64,000 nt of DNA, from NCBI GenBank assembly GCA_963828735.1, contig CAWHFW010000005.1, forward strand, positions 576,001-640,000, read 5' to 3'. Made by a program: the position numbers and the translations under genes. Source of the DNA: an uncultured Gemmatimonadales bacterium (lineage in GTDB: Bacteria > Gemmatimonadota > Gemmatimonadetes > Gemmatimonadales > GWC2-71-9). Positions 22,769 to 35,059 of the stretch are shown one piece after another (positions within the stretch are counted from its first letter, which is position 1; each line of letters begins with the position of its first letter). The notes below the pieces were generated by a model. The model saw only the letters and a list, made by a program, of their open reading frames with translations. It did no database searches and was not told where the DNA came from.

Positions 22769-22783
22769 GCAGAGATAGCCCAA

Positions 22784-22857
<74 letters not shown>

Positions 22858-22911
22858 TGAGTCACTACAAGCCAACAACCTCATCTGCCTCGGCGCAACC
22901 CCTCAGGCCGG

Positions 22912-22939
22912 GGTGCTACCGATTGGTGCTACCGATTGG
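22912..22939 (+). repeat. 13-bp tandem repeat GGTGCTACCGATT x2
   Basis: Exact duplication at the end of the second integrase remnant. Confidence 0.7.
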
Positions 22940-23190
22940 CTGGGTACGCCCTTCTCCCACAACCCGGCTCCGCCCAGCACATGGCCAAGATAGTGGCGTC
23001 ATCCGGCTGCTGGTAGCGCTTCGTCAGTGTCTGCGTGCCCTTACCAGCCGCCAGGGGCGGCCACGCCGGCGAGCGGAAGGAGCTTCCGGGCCGTGGCCCC
23101 CTGCGCCGATATGGATGCCAGATCCCCCGCTCCAGCTTCGCCAGCCCGGCGAGCTTCTCGGCGCGACGAAGCCACTCGGAGGCGAGCCCG
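22929..23190 (-). pseudogene. C-terminal remnant of a second tyrosine integrase
   Basis: EWLRRAEKLAGL..RGIWHPYRR, (shift) ATARKLLPLAGVAAPGGW, (shift) KGTQTLTKRYQQPD. This parallels the motifs of integrase 1. Confidence 0.75.
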
Positions 23191-24090
23191 TCACCCGCCC
23201 TGCCATCCCTCTTCCGCGTCCGCCGCGTTCCTGTCGGCGCGGCGGCTGGTGAGGGTCGATCCGGCACTGGCGGCGATCACCAGCGCGATCGCGAGCCACT
23301 GCGGTGGCGTGAGCACCTCGTGGAGGAAGATCAGGCCGGCGAAGGCGGCGAGAGCCGGCTCCACGCTCATCAGGATGCCGAAGGTCCGGGCGGGGATCGC
23401 CTTCAGCGCAATCATTTCCAGCGTGTAGGGGATTGCGCTGGAAAGGAGCGCCACACCGATTCCGGCGCCGAAGCGGCCCGCGGTGAGGTGCGTGAACCCG
23501 CCCATGGCCGCCGCGATGGGCACGGCGGTGATGGCGGCCACCATCATCCCCGCCGCCACCGCGGCGCCGCCGGGAAGCATGCGCGACACGCGCCCGCCCA
23601 GCAGGATGTACGCGGCCCAGCAGGCGCCCGCCGCCCCCGCCAGCAGCACACCCACCGGGTCGACGTCGCGCGAGCCGCTCCACGGGGTGATCAGCGCGAT
23701 TCCCGCGGCGGCCAACACTACCCACAGCAGATCGACCGCCTTGCGCGAGCCGAACACGGCCACGGCCAGCGGGCCGCTGAACTCTACCGTCACCGCCAGC
23801 CCCAGCGGAATGCGCGAGAGCGAGAAGTAGAAGAGCATGTTCATCACCCCCAGCACCACGCCGTAGGGGATGATGGCGCGCCACTGCGCCGCGTTCAGGC
23901 GGTTCAGCCGCGGCCGGAACGCCGCCAGCAGCATCAGCGCCGAGACGCCGATGCGCAGCCCCACCGTGCCCATGGGGCCGAGAGCGGGGAACAGGCCCTT
24001 GGCCAGCGCCGCGCCGCCCTGGACGCTGATCATGCCTATGACAACGGCCGGGAGCGGTGGGATGGCGGGCTTCATACGAGTCGGTTTCAT
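23191..24090 (-). CDS. EamA/DMT transporter, RhtA-like
   Basis: SVQGGAALAK, RIPLGLAVTVEFSGPL, IPYTLE, LMSVEPA. Confidence 0.88.
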   Translation of the reverse strand: MKPTRMKPAIPPLPAVVIGMISVQGGAALAKGLFPALGPMGTVGLRIGVSALMLLAAFRPRLNRLNAAQWRAIIPYGVVLGVMNMLFYFSLSRIPLGLAVTVEFSGPLAVAVFGSRKAVDLLWVVLAAAGIALITPWSGSRDVDPVGVLLAGAAGACWAAYILLGGRVSRMLPGGAAVAAGMMVAAITAVPIAAAMGGFTHLTAGRFGAGIGVALLSSAIPYTLEMIALKAIPARTFGILMSVEPALAAFAGLIFLHEVLTPPQWLAIALVIAASAGSTLTSRRADRNAADAEEGWQGG

Positions 24091-24340
24091 CCCGCTGGGG
24101 ATACCTCCCCGCGTGCGCGTGGGCAAGGGGACGCCGGGGTCTCCCATGACGTGTGCAGGATCGGATGCAGAAACGATGCGAAACCTGGACTCAGGGTTCG
24201 CACCGTTGGCGTGTAGTCGCTGACGTCATCGCAGCTTCAGCGAAGCACGGAGACCTTCGGGCCTGCGCTACAGGCCCTTGCGGGGACGGGAGGATAGCAG
24301 GTGCCCCGGCCGGCGCCAGCTCGTGGCCGCCGCCTGGCTC

Positions 24341-24577
24341 TCAGCGCTCCTCTTCCTCCTCCTCGAACTCCTCGAACTCCTCGAGATCGTCGTCGTCGAG
24401 GTCCTCGTCATCGTCGAGGTCATCCTCGTCGTCCAGGACGTCATCCTCCTCGTCCTCGTCGTCGTCGTCGAAGGTGAACCCGTCGTCTTCGAACTCGTCG
24501 TCGTCTTCGTCGAACTTGCGACGCAGCTCCAGGGCCTCCATCGACGTCTCCCAGGCCAACATGATGTCCTCCGCCAT
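24341..24577 (-). CDS. Small highly acidic protein
   Basis: 78 aa with a long D/E tract; TACACT 7 nt upstream of the ATG. Confidence 0.7.
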   Translation of the reverse strand: MAEDIMLAWETSMEALELRRKFDEDDDEFEDDGFTFDDDDEDEEDDVLDDEDDLDDDEDLDDDDLEEFEEFEEEEEER

Positions 24578-24601
24578 CAGAGAGAGTGTAGTGCCGGGGT
24601 C

Positions 24602-26446
<1,845 letters not shown>

Positions 26447-26554
26447 AGCGGCACTTCCCTCGGTCTGAACGGACGAGGCCCGGACGCCCGGGCCTCCGCG
26501 GCGCATATATAGACTAGGCCGGGCAACCCCGCAAGAAGGCCGGAGAGGCCGGGA

Positions 26555-26604
26555 AACGTCCGAGAGGGCGGAAGGGGGATGGCCCCTCCGCCCTCTCCGA
26601 CGTT
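26555..26604. terminator. Long GC hairpin between the CDF gene and typA
   Basis: AACGTCCGAGAGGGCGGA...TCCGCCCTCTCCGACGTT inverted repeat. Confidence 0.5.
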
Positions 26605-26620
26605 CGCGCCTGCCCGATGA

Positions 26621-27574
26621 TCAGTGAAAGTGACCCGCGTGTCCGCGCCCGCCGTTGGCCGCGGGAGCGGTTGCCCGCACTCCCTCGCACTCGTCCGCCA
26701 CCTCCAGCTGCATCGTGACGTGGCCGATACCGAGAGCCGCCATCTCGGCACGGATGCCCTCCAACACGCCTGGATGGGACTCCAGGTCGGGCACCACCGC
26801 GTGTCCGCTCATGGCAACGACCCCGTTCACTACCGTCCACACGTGGAGGTCGTGGACCGCCGCGACGCCGGGCACTTCGAGGATCCGCCGCTGGACCTCG
26901 GCCATGGCCACGTGACGCGGAACCGCGTCGAGCAGGATGTCGGTGCTCTCTCGGAGCAGCCGCCAGGCGCCCGCCAGAATCAGGACCGAGAGGGCGACCG
27001 ACACGATCGGGTCGGCCAGCGTCCAGCCGGTGAACCAGATGATCGCCGCGGCGGCCAGCGCGCCGACCGAGCCGAGCGCGTCACCCATCACGTGGAGATA
27101 CGCGCCACGGGCGTTGAGGCTCCCGTCGCGCGAGCCGTGGAGCAGTCCGAGGCTGATCAGGTTGACCACCAGGCCGGCCGCGGCAACCGTCAGGAAGAGG
27201 CCGGTCCGGATGGGTGCGGGGTGCTGGATGCGCTGGATGGCCTCGAGCACGACCCACCCGGCGATGCCGAACAACGCCGCCCCATTCACGAGCGCGGCCA
27301 GGATCTCCCACCGGAGATACCCGTACGTCTTGTTGGCGTCGGCGGGGCGCTGCGCGATCCACGCGGTGAGCAGGCTGAGTCCGAGCGCGCCCACGTCGGT
27401 CAGCATGTGTCCCGCATCGGCGAGCAGCGCGAGCGAGCCGCTCAGCCATCCGCCCACCGCCTCGAGCACCATGAACGTGCCCGTGAGGCCGAGCACCGCC
27501 CAGAGGCGGGGAAGCGGGGTCGCGGGGCCCCGGGCCAGGTGGACGCATTCGGTGCGGGAGGCGACGGAAGCCAT
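26621..27574 (-). CDS. Cation diffusion facilitator (CzcD/ZitB-like)
   Basis: SLALLADAGHMLTD, AYLHVMGDALGS, VHDLHVW. Confidence 0.93.
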   Translation of the reverse strand: MASVASRTECVHLARGPATPLPRLWAVLGLTGTFMVLEAVGGWLSGSLALLADAGHMLTDVGALGLSLLTAWIAQRPADANKTYGYLRWEILAALVNGAALFGIAGWVVLEAIQRIQHPAPIRTGLFLTVAAAGLVVNLISLGLLHGSRDGSLNARGAYLHVMGDALGSVGALAAAAIIWFTGWTLADPIVSVALSVLILAGAWRLLRESTDILLDAVPRHVAMAEVQRRILEVPGVAAVHDLHVWTVVNGVVAMSGHAVVPDLESHPGVLEGIRAEMAALGIGHVTMQLEVADECEGVRATAPAANGGRGHAGHFH

Positions 27575-27615
27575 GGCTGGAATCTAGGCCTTGCCCGAAC
27601 GGACGTCACGCTCGA

Positions 27616-28935
27616 TCAGGGTGACTCCACGACCCGTCCCGCCCCCGAGTCGCGGCGACCCGCCTCCCGCCGGATGCGCACCGCCTCCGCGTGCCCGTAC
27701 AGGCCCTCGGCCTCGGCGAGCGCGATGATCGCCTCGGCGTCATCGGCCAGGCGAGCCCGGGTGTACCGGATGACGCTCGTGCGCTTCACGAAGTCGTACA
27801 CGCCGAGGGGCGAACTGTACCGCGCGGTGCCCGCGGTCGGGAGGACATGGCTCGGGCCGGCCAGGTAGTCGCCGACCGGCTCGGGGGTGTCGTCGCCCAG
27901 GAAAATCGCTCCCGCGTGGCGGATCGCCCCGGCTACCCGATCGGCACCCTCGGTGACGATCTGGAGATGCTCGGGTGCCCGGCGGTTGGCGACCTCGATC
28001 GCTTCGCGGATGGACGGCACCAGCACGAGCAGGCCGTTCCGCTCGAGCGCCGTTCGCGCGATCGCGGCCCGGGGTGCTCGGGCCAGGGCCTCCTGCAGCG
28101 CGGCCGGCAGGGCCTCGGCCAGGGCCGGATCGGTCGTCACGCACCAACTCACGGCATCCTCGTCGTGCTCCGCCTGGGCGATGAGGTCCGCGGCCACGCG
28201 GGTGGGACGGGCGGTGTGGTCGGCCAGGACGAGCACCTCGGTGGGACCGGCGATCATGTCGATGCCGACCTGCCCCACGACCTGGCGCTTGGCCTCCGCG
28301 ACCCAGCGGTTGCCGGGCCCGACGATCTTGTCCACCCGCGGCACGGTGGCCGTTCCGTACGCCAGCGCGGCGACGGCGTGGGCGCCGCCGATCCGGAAGA
28401 TGCGGGTCACCCCTGAGAGCGCGCACGCGGCCAGTACGACGTCGGTGACACCGCCCGGGGGCATCACGACCACGATCTCCTGCACCCCGGCGACCAGCGC
28501 GGGCACCGCGTTCATGATGACGGAGGATGGATACGAGGCCTTGCCGCCCGGGACATACAGGCCCACCCGGTCGAGCGGGGTGACCTTCATCCCAATCACG
28601 CTCCCGTCGGCCTCGCTGAGATGGAAGCCGGGTTCGCGCTGGTGCTCGTGGTAGGCGCGGACCCGGTCCACGGCCCGAACCAGCGCTGCCCGGAGTGCCG
28701 GATCGATCCGTGCCAAGGCCCCCTGCCAGGTGCCGGCGTCGAGCGCCCAGTCGGCGGGCGCCAAGTCCACGCCATCGTACCGTCGGGCGTACTCCCGGAT
28801 GGCCTCATCGCCCCGGGCGAGCACATCGTCCAGGATGGCGCGCACGCTGTCCCGGGTGGCCGGATCGCTGCCGGCACGGCGGGGAAGGAAGGGCTCGAGC
28901 GCCTCGAACGGCGGCACGGCCAGCACGCGAATCAT
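27616..28935 (-). CDS. hisD: Histidinol dehydrogenase
   Basis: [44 protein letters not shown]. Confidence 0.96.
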   Translation of the reverse strand: MIRVLAVPPFEALEPFLPRRAGSDPATRDSVRAILDDVLARGDEAIREYARRYDGVDLAPADWALDAGTWQGALARIDPALRAALVRAVDRVRAYHEHQREPGFHLSEADGSVIGMKVTPLDRVGLYVPGGKASYPSSVIMNAVPALVAGVQEIVVVMPPGGVTDVVLAACALSGVTRIFRIGGAHAVAALAYGTATVPRVDKIVGPGNRWVAEAKRQVVGQVGIDMIAGPTEVLVLADHTARPTRVAADLIAQAEHDEDAVSWCVTTDPALAEALPAALQEALARAPRAAIARTALERNGLLVLVPSIREAIEVANRRAPEHLQIVTEGADRVAGAIRHAGAIFLGDDTPEPVGDYLAGPSHVLPTAGTARYSSPLGVYDFVKRTSVIRYTRARLADDAEAIIALAEAEGLYGHAEAVRIRREAGRRDSGAGRVVESP

Positions 28936-28981
28936 CCGGAGCCCTCGCGGTAAAGCGTTTGAGGCACTACGCTTGTACCAT

Positions 28982-30329
28982 ATGGAACCGCCCGCAACAC
29001 CCTCGATCGGCCTCGGTCTCGCCGCGGTCGTCGTCTTAGTGCTCGCCAACGCCTTCTTCGTGGCGGCGGAGTTCGCGTTGGTAGGCGCGCGGCGGACCCG
29101 CCTGGACGAGCTGGCCGGAGCGGGGGATGGCAAAGCTAGGCTCGCGCGGCGTGCGGTACAATCGCTCGACCGCTACATCTCGGCGACGCAGCTCGGCATC
29201 ACACTCGCCTCGCTGGGACTGGGCTGGATCGGCGAGCCGGCGCTGGCCGGACTCATCAGGGGCGGATTCGCCTGGCTCCCGAAATCGCTGGAGGCCATCG
29301 CGACCCATGGGGTCGCGTCCGCCATCGCCTTCATCGTCATCACCATCCTGCACATCATCCTGGGTGAGCTGGTGCCGAAGGCGGTGGCGTTGATCTACCC
29401 TGAAGAGGTGAGTCGGTGGGTGTCGGCTCCCCTCATCGGGTTCGGCTGGCTCATGGCGTGGCCGATCACCCTGCTCAACGGCACCGCCAACCGGCTTCTC
29501 CGCCTGATGAGAATCGCGCCGCCGGGCGAGCACGAGCGACTGCACTCGCCGGAGGAGATTCGCATGCTGGTCGAGCAGAGCACCGAGGGAGGAAGCCTGC
29601 TCAAGGAGGACGCCAGGCTGCTCGAAGGCGTCTTCGAGTTCAGCGAGAAGACCGCCCAGGAGGTCATGACGCCGCGGACCCAGATGATCGCCCTCGATGC
29701 CGGGCTCGGCGTCCAGGAGGCGGCCGACGAGGTGGCCCAGGCCCGGCGCTCACGCTATCCGGTGTACACCGAGTCGCTGGACGAGATCGCCGGGGTGGTG
29801 CACGCCAAGGACATCCTGACCGCCCTCCGCGCCCGTCCCGAACGATACGATCCAGGACATCATGCGCCCGCCGCTCTTCGTGCCGGGGACCCGCGAGGTC
29901 GAGGATGTGCTGGCCGACATGAAGCGGCTCAAGACCCACCTGGCGGTGGTGCTCGACGAGTACGGCGGCACGGCTGGGCTGGTCACGATGGAGGATTTGC
30001 TCGAGGAGATCGTGGGGCCGATCTTCGACGAGTACGACCCCCAGGATCGCGCGGCGGCCGGCGACGGCACCGCACGGCTCGACGGGGCCATGCCGATCAC
30101 CGAGTTCAACACGAAGTACGACGCGGCGCTGGACGACACCGACTACACGACCCTCGGCGGCTACGTCTTCGGCCAGCTCGGGCGGCTGCCCCGCCCCGGC
30201 GACCGGGTGACCGTCACGCCTCACACGTTCGAGGTCGTCGAGATGGACGGCCGTCGCGTCAAGGGCCTCCGGCTCCACACGGCGGCGCCGGTGGAAGTCG
30301 AACACGGAGACAGGAAGTCCGATGCCTAG
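28982..30329 (+). CDS. HlyC/CorC family (CNNM-CBS-CorC) protein, one frameshift near 29840
   Basis: NAFFVAAEFA, QLGITLASLGLGWIGEP, GELVPK, VMTPR, then VLDEYGGTAGLVTMED in the next frame. Confidence 0.9.
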
Positions 30330-32391
30330 TGCCTGGGAATCCGTACCGCGCGCGGAGCGAAAGACCGCCGCCTTCTTCGAGGTCAGCCGGCGGCTGAGCG
30401 CCGCCCGCACCGCCGAGGAAGCGGCCCGGATCATCGTGGCGGTCGCCCAGGAGCTGCTCGGGTGGGACGCGTGCACCCTCGACCTCTATTTCGCCGAATC
30501 CCATCGGGTCCAGGACGTGCTCACGATGGACTCGTTCGACGGCCCGCCCGTGGACGTGCCATCCGCGAATACCTCCACCCTTCCGACCCCGATGTTCGCC
30601 CGGGTGCTCCGCGAGGGCCCGCTCCTGATCCTCCGGCCCGAGTCCAGCCAGGAGTCCCCGGAACTGATAGCCTTCGGCAACACCACCCGCCGGTCGCGGT
30701 CCCTCATGTTCGTGCCGCTGCATCACGCCGACCGCATCACCGGCATCCTCTCGATCCAGAGCTACACGCCGGAGGCCTACGACCAGAACGACCTGGCCAT
30801 GCTGCAGGAGCTCGCGGACCATTGCGGGGGCGCGATCGAACGCCTCCGGATCGAGAACGAGCTTCGCGAGAGCCGGGCGCAGCTCGCGCGCACGGAGGCG
30901 TTCGCGCTCGTGATGACGGCGCATCTCGGGATGGACGGCCGCTGGATGAAGGTCCCCCCGACGCTCAGCCGCCTGCTCGGGCTCGAGGAGCCGCAGCTCA
31001 TCGGAACGCCGATCTCGGCCGTGCTGCACCCCGACGACATCGCCGGCGAGCTCGCCGAGCGGGAGCGGCTCCTCCGGGGTGAGACCCGCACACTGGACCT
31101 GGAGATGCGCTGGCGTCAGCCCGGCGGCCGACCGCTGTGGATGTACATGAACGCGTCGGTCGTGCAGGACGCCGATGGCCAGGCGCAGTATCTGCTGGTG
31201 TACCTGCGCGACATTACGGAGCGAAAGAGCCTGGAGGACCAGCTCCGACTCGCCCAGAAGATGGAGGCGGTCGGCCAGCTCGCGGGCGGAATCGCCCACG
31301 ACTTCAACAACCTGCTCACCGCCATCCTCGGCAGCACCGAGCTGTTGCTCGCGAACACCGCCCCGATCGACCCGCGCCGTGACGACGTCCAGGAGATCGG
31401 CCGCGCGGCCCACCGGGCGTCGGCGCTCGTCCGTCAGCTCCTCGCGTTCAGCCGCAAGCAGGTCATGCAGCCGCGACAGGTCAACCTCAACACGATCGTG
31501 CGCGACATGGGCGGCATGCTGCGGCGGCTCGTGGGCGAGCGGATCCTGCTCCGGCTCGATCTCGATCCCGCGCTCGGCGACGTGACCGCGGATCCCGGCC
31601 AGCTCGAGCAGGTGATCGCGAACCTGGGCGTCAACGCCAGGGACGCCATGCCGGAGGGCGGCGCGCTCACGATCGCGACCGTCAACGTGAGCAGGATCGG
31701 CGTCCCCGGCGTTGGCGACGACGGTCTGCCGCCGGGCGGCCCGCTCGTGGTGCTCACAGTGAAGGACACCGGCACCGGCATGGACGAGCACGTGCTGGCC
31801 CACCTGTTCGAGCCCTTCTTCACCACCAAGGAGCTCGGTCGCGGCACCGGGCTCGGGCTTGCGACGGTCTACGGCATCGTGCGGCAGACCGGCGGGCACA
31901 TCCAGGTGACCTCCCGACCGGGGGAGGGAAGCACGTTCACGGTATACCTGCCCCGGGTCGAAGCCCCGGGACGCGCCGGCGCCGCGCTGGCCGGGCTGCC
32001 CGAGCCCGCGCCGGGCGGGACAGAGACGGTGCTCGTGGTGGAGGACGAGGACGCGGTACGGCATCTGGTTTGCCGAGTGCTCCGCTCCAAGGGCTATCGT
32101 GTGCTCGACGCGGCGCACGGCGAGGCGGCGCTGCTCGTGGCCGGCTCGACGCAGGAGCCGATCGATCTCCTCATCACCGACATGGTCATGCCCGGGATGG
32201 GCGGCACCGCCCTCGCGACGGAGCTCGTGGCCGTGCGTCCCTCGCTCCGGGTCCTCTTCATCACCGGCTACGCGCCGGAGGCGATCGAGCGCCGCGGCGA
32301 GCTGGCCGACGCGAGCGGGTTGCTCGAGAAGCCGTTCAGCGCGGACCAGCTGGCCCGCAAGGTTCGCGAGGTGCTCGCCGCCACCGTCTGA
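30322..32391 (+). CDS. Hybrid sensor histidine kinase (GAF-PAS-HisKA-HATPase-REC)
   Basis: AGGIAHDFNN, NARDAM, EPFFTTK, GTGLGL, LLITDMVMP. Confidence 0.93.
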   Translation: MPSAWESVPRAERKTAAFFEVSRRLSAARTAEEAARIIVAVAQELLGWDACTLDLYFAESHRVQDVLTMDSFDGPPVDVPSANTSTLPTPMFARVLREGPLLILRPESSQESPELIAFGNTTRRSRSLMFVPLHHADRITGILSIQSYTPEAYDQNDLAMLQELADHCGGAIERLRIENELRESRAQLARTEAFALVMTAHLGMDGRWMKVPPTLSRLLGLEEPQLIGTPISAVLHPDDIAGELAERERLLRGETRTLDLEMRWRQPGGRPLWMYMNASVVQDADGQAQYLLVYLRDITERKSLEDQLRLAQKMEAVGQLAGGIAHDFNNLLTAILGSTELLLANTAPIDPRRDDVQEIGRAAHRASALVRQLLAFSRKQVMQPRQVNLNTIVRDMGGMLRRLVGERILLRLDLDPALGDVTADPGQLEQVIANLGVNARDAMPEGGALTIATVNVSRIGVPGVGDDGLPPGGPLVVLTVKDTGTGMDEHVLAHLFEPFFTTKELGRGTGLGLATVYGIVRQTGGHIQVTSRPGEGSTFTVYLPRVEAPGRAGAALAGLPEPAPGGTETVLVVEDEDAVRHLVCRVLRSKGYRVLDAAHGEAALLVAGSTQEPIDLLITDMVMPGMGGTALATELVAVRPSLRVLFITGYAPEAIERRGELADASGLLEKPFSADQLARKVREVLAATV

Positions 32392-32439
32392 CCACGCAGG
32401 CTCGCGTCCCGCCGCCGCGGGGCGTTACCTTCCCGCGCC

Positions 32440-33399
32440 ATGCTCCCATCGCTCCTCGCCGTGACGCCGCCCGGTGCGCTCGACCTCACCGGCGAAGCCG
32501 CCCGGCGCCGCCGCCAGCTCCAGCGCGCCGCGATGGCGGTGCTGGAGCACGCGGCGTACGAGGAGCTCATTCCGCCGACGCTGGAGTATCAGGAGACGTT
32601 CCTCCGGGCCGGTGGCGCCGCGGTCGCCGAGCGGCTGATCCGTTTTCCGGATCGCGACGGCCGCATTCTCGCGCTCCGATACGATTTCACCGCGAGCCTC
32701 GCCCGCGTCGCCGCGACCACCTTCGCGGACACCGCCCGGACGCTGCGGCTCTGTTACTCGGGCACCGTGTATCGCCAGGAGCCCGAGCGCGGGGGCCGGC
32801 CGCGCGAGATGCTCCAGGTCGGCGCCGAGCTACTCGGCGAGGCAGGCCTGGCCGCGGATGTCGAGGTCGTCCGGCTCTCGATCGCGCTGCTTCGCGCCGC
32901 GGGCATCCAGGATTTCCAGGTGAACGTGGGCCACGTGGGCGTGCTCGCACCGGGCCTCGCGGCGCTGACCGAGGACGTGCGCGCGGATGTGCGTCGCTGG
33001 ATCGACCGGAAGGATCGCGGCAGCCTGGGGCGGGCGCTCGCCGACGCGCGCGGCGACGCGGCCACATTGGCGGTGCTGCCCTTCGTCATCGGGCGCCGCG
33101 AGGCGCTGACCCGCGCCCTCGGCCTCGCACCACGCGCCGCGATCGAAGGGCTGGAGCACCTCCTCGCGCTCGACCGTGCGCTCGCCCCGGAGGAGCGGAC
33201 CCACGTCGTGTACGACCTCGGCGAAGTACGGGGGCTCGAGTACTACACGGGGATGCACTTCGAGGTGTTCGTCGCGGGGGCGGGCCGGGCCGCGGGCGCC
33301 GGGGGCCGTTACGACGAGCTGATGGCGCGGTTCGGGCGGCCGATGCCCGCCGTGGGCCTCTCGCTCGACCTCGACACGATTGCGGAGGTGCCGCGATGA
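32440..33399 (+). CDS. hisZ: ATP phosphoribosyltransferase regulatory subunit
   Basis: LALRYDFT, QVGAEL, YYTG, GGRYD; directly upstream of a short hisG. Confidence 0.9.
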   Translation: MLPSLLAVTPPGALDLTGEAARRRRQLQRAAMAVLEHAAYEELIPPTLEYQETFLRAGGAAVAERLIRFPDRDGRILALRYDFTASLARVAATTFADTARTLRLCYSGTVYRQEPERGGRPREMLQVGAELLGEAGLAADVEVVRLSIALLRAAGIQDFQVNVGHVGVLAPGLAALTEDVRADVRRWIDRKDRGSLGRALADARGDAATLAVLPFVIGRREALTRALGLAPRAAIEGLEHLLALDRALAPEERTHVVYDLGEVRGLEYYTGMHFEVFVAGAGRAAGAGGRYDELMARFGRPMPAVGLSLDLDTIAEVPR

Positions 33400-34019
33400 C
33401 GCGGCTTCGGGTCGCCCTCGCCAAAGGACGCCTCTACGAGCCGTCGGTGGAGCGCTTCAGCCGAGCCGGGGCGACGCCGGCCGCGGACGCCGGCCGTCGC
33501 CTGCTCATCCCGTCGAGCGATCCGGCGATCGAGTTTCTCGCCGTGAAACCGGCTGACGTGCCGGTGTACGTGGAGTCCGGCGCGGCGGACATTGGCGTCA
33601 CCGGCACGGACGTCCTCCGAGAGACCGGCGCGGACGTGCTCGAGCCGCTGGAGCTGGGATTCGGGTTCTGCAGGCTGAGTGTCGCGGCCCCCAGCGACGC
33701 ACCCTACCCGGCGCTCCCCGGGGGCATCGCGGCTCGCGTCGCGACCAAGTACCCGCGCCTCGCGCAGGCACACTTCGGCGCGGCGGGGCGGCCGGTCGAC
33801 ATCATTCAGGTGAACGGATCGGTGGAGGTCGCGCCACTGCTGGGGCTGGCCCACTGGATCGTGGATCTGGTGGATACCGGGAACACGCTTCGAGCGAACG
33901 GCCTGATCGAGCGCGAGGTTGTCCTGCAGTGCGGGGCCATCCTCGTGGCCAACCGCGCGGCGCAAAAGCTCAAGCTGGACGCCTACCTCGATCTCATGGA
34001 GCGACTGGAGCGCGCGTAG
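33396..34019 (+). CDS. hisG: ATP phosphoribosyltransferase, short form
   Basis: LRVALAKGRL, DVPVYVESG, VATKYP, GSVEVAP, IVDLVDTGNTL. Confidence 0.95.
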   Translation: MTRLRVALAKGRLYEPSVERFSRAGATPAADAGRRLLIPSSDPAIEFLAVKPADVPVYVESGAADIGVTGTDVLRETGADVLEPLELGFGFCRLSVAAPSDAPYPALPGGIAARVATKYPRLAQAHFGAAGRPVDIIQVNGSVEVAPLLGLAHWIVDLVDTGNTLRANGLIEREVVLQCGAILVANRAAQKLKLDAYLDLMERLERA

Positions 34020-34069
34020 CTCCCGGAGGCCGGCCCGCGGGTGCGAGCCGGAGCCGGGCCGCCGCCGGG

Positions 34070-34975
34070 TTACCGCCTGCCGGCGAGCTTGACCGCGAGC
34101 TCGACCGCCGCGCGCATGCTCGAGGCGTCCGCCTTTCCCGACCCCGCAATGTCGAGCGCCGTCCCATGGTCCGGCGACGTTCGGGGAAACGGCAGACCGA
34201 GGGTGACGTTCACCGCTCGCCCGAACGACGCCACCTTGATCGCGGTCATCCCCACGTCGTGATACGGCGCGAGCACTGCGTCGAACTCTCCCCGCATCGC
34301 GCGAACGAACACGGTATCGGCCGGCAAGGGTCCGATCGCCCCCAACGCCTCGGCGGCTGGTCGGAGCACCCGCTCCTCGTCGTCGCCGAAAAGCCCGCTC
34401 TCGCCGGCATGCGGGTTGACCGCGCACACGGCCAGCCGAGGGGCGGCGATGCCGAACCAGTCGGCGAGTGCCTGGCGGGTGATCCTGCCGATCCGCGTGA
34501 CGCGCTCGACCGTGAGAAGCGCAGGCACGTCCCGGAACGGCACGTGGGTCGTGACTAGCACCACGCGGAGCTCGGGCGAGGCGAGCATCATCGCCACGTC
34601 CACGCCCCCCGCGAGCTTCGCCAGCCACTCGGTATGCCCCGGATACGGAAAGCCCGCGAGGTGGAGCGCGTGCTTGTGTGCCGGGGCGGTCACGATCGCG
34701 TCGACCTGACCCTTCAGGGCGAGCCCGGCCGCCGTCTCGACCGAATGGCCCGCGATCCGCCCGGCCCTGATCGTCCGGGCGCGGTCGTCGGGCCGGTCTC
34801 CGCTCCCGAGACCCCAGGTCCCCACGCCGACCCTGGCGGCCGCGGGGAGTGCGGCGATCTGATCCTCCGCGCCCACCACGGTGATCTCCGCGTCGAGCGG
34901 CTCGGCGAGGGCGGCCGCGACGATCTCCGGCCCGATTCCTCGCGGATCGCCGAGGGTGATGGCGACGCGGCTCAT
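34070..34975 (-). CDS. pdxA: 4-hydroxythreonine-4-phosphate dehydrogenase
   Basis: GDPRGIGPEI, GHTE, NPHAGE, YHD, RTSPDHGTA. Confidence 0.95.
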   Translation of the reverse strand: MSRVAITLGDPRGIGPEIVAAALAEPLDAEITVVGAEDQIAALPAAARVGVGTWGLGSGDRPDDRARTIRAGRIAGHSVETAAGLALKGQVDAIVTAPAHKHALHLAGFPYPGHTEWLAKLAGGVDVAMMLASPELRVVLVTTHVPFRDVPALLTVERVTRIGRITRQALADWFGIAAPRLAVCAVNPHAGESGLFGDDEERVLRPAAEALGAIGPLPADTVFVRAMRGEFDAVLAPYHDVGMTAIKVASFGRAVNVTLGLPFPRTSPDHGTALDIAGSGKADASSMRAAVELAVKLAGRR

Positions 34976-35059
34976 CGAGCCGAAACGGCGACAGCGGAGA
35001 GGCCGTCCGGGCGCACGCCCTCGGTCCCCTCCGCCGTCTCCGCCCGCGCCGTCATCCAG

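Larger units (their letters stand above)
8260..22783. mobile_element. Genomic island / decayed integrative element at the tRNA-Ile 3' end; left boundary not found and may lie outside the window
   Basis: A tyrosine integrase abuts the tRNA 3' end, preceded by HTH, helicase and serine-recombinase genes. Cargo is visibly lower in GC and includes truncated genes. No duplicated tRNA 3' end was seen in the window. Confidence 0.75.

Noticed and set aside
29820..29862. Programmed frameshift in the CBS-domain gene
   Set aside because: No slippery site; more likely a single-base sequencing error.
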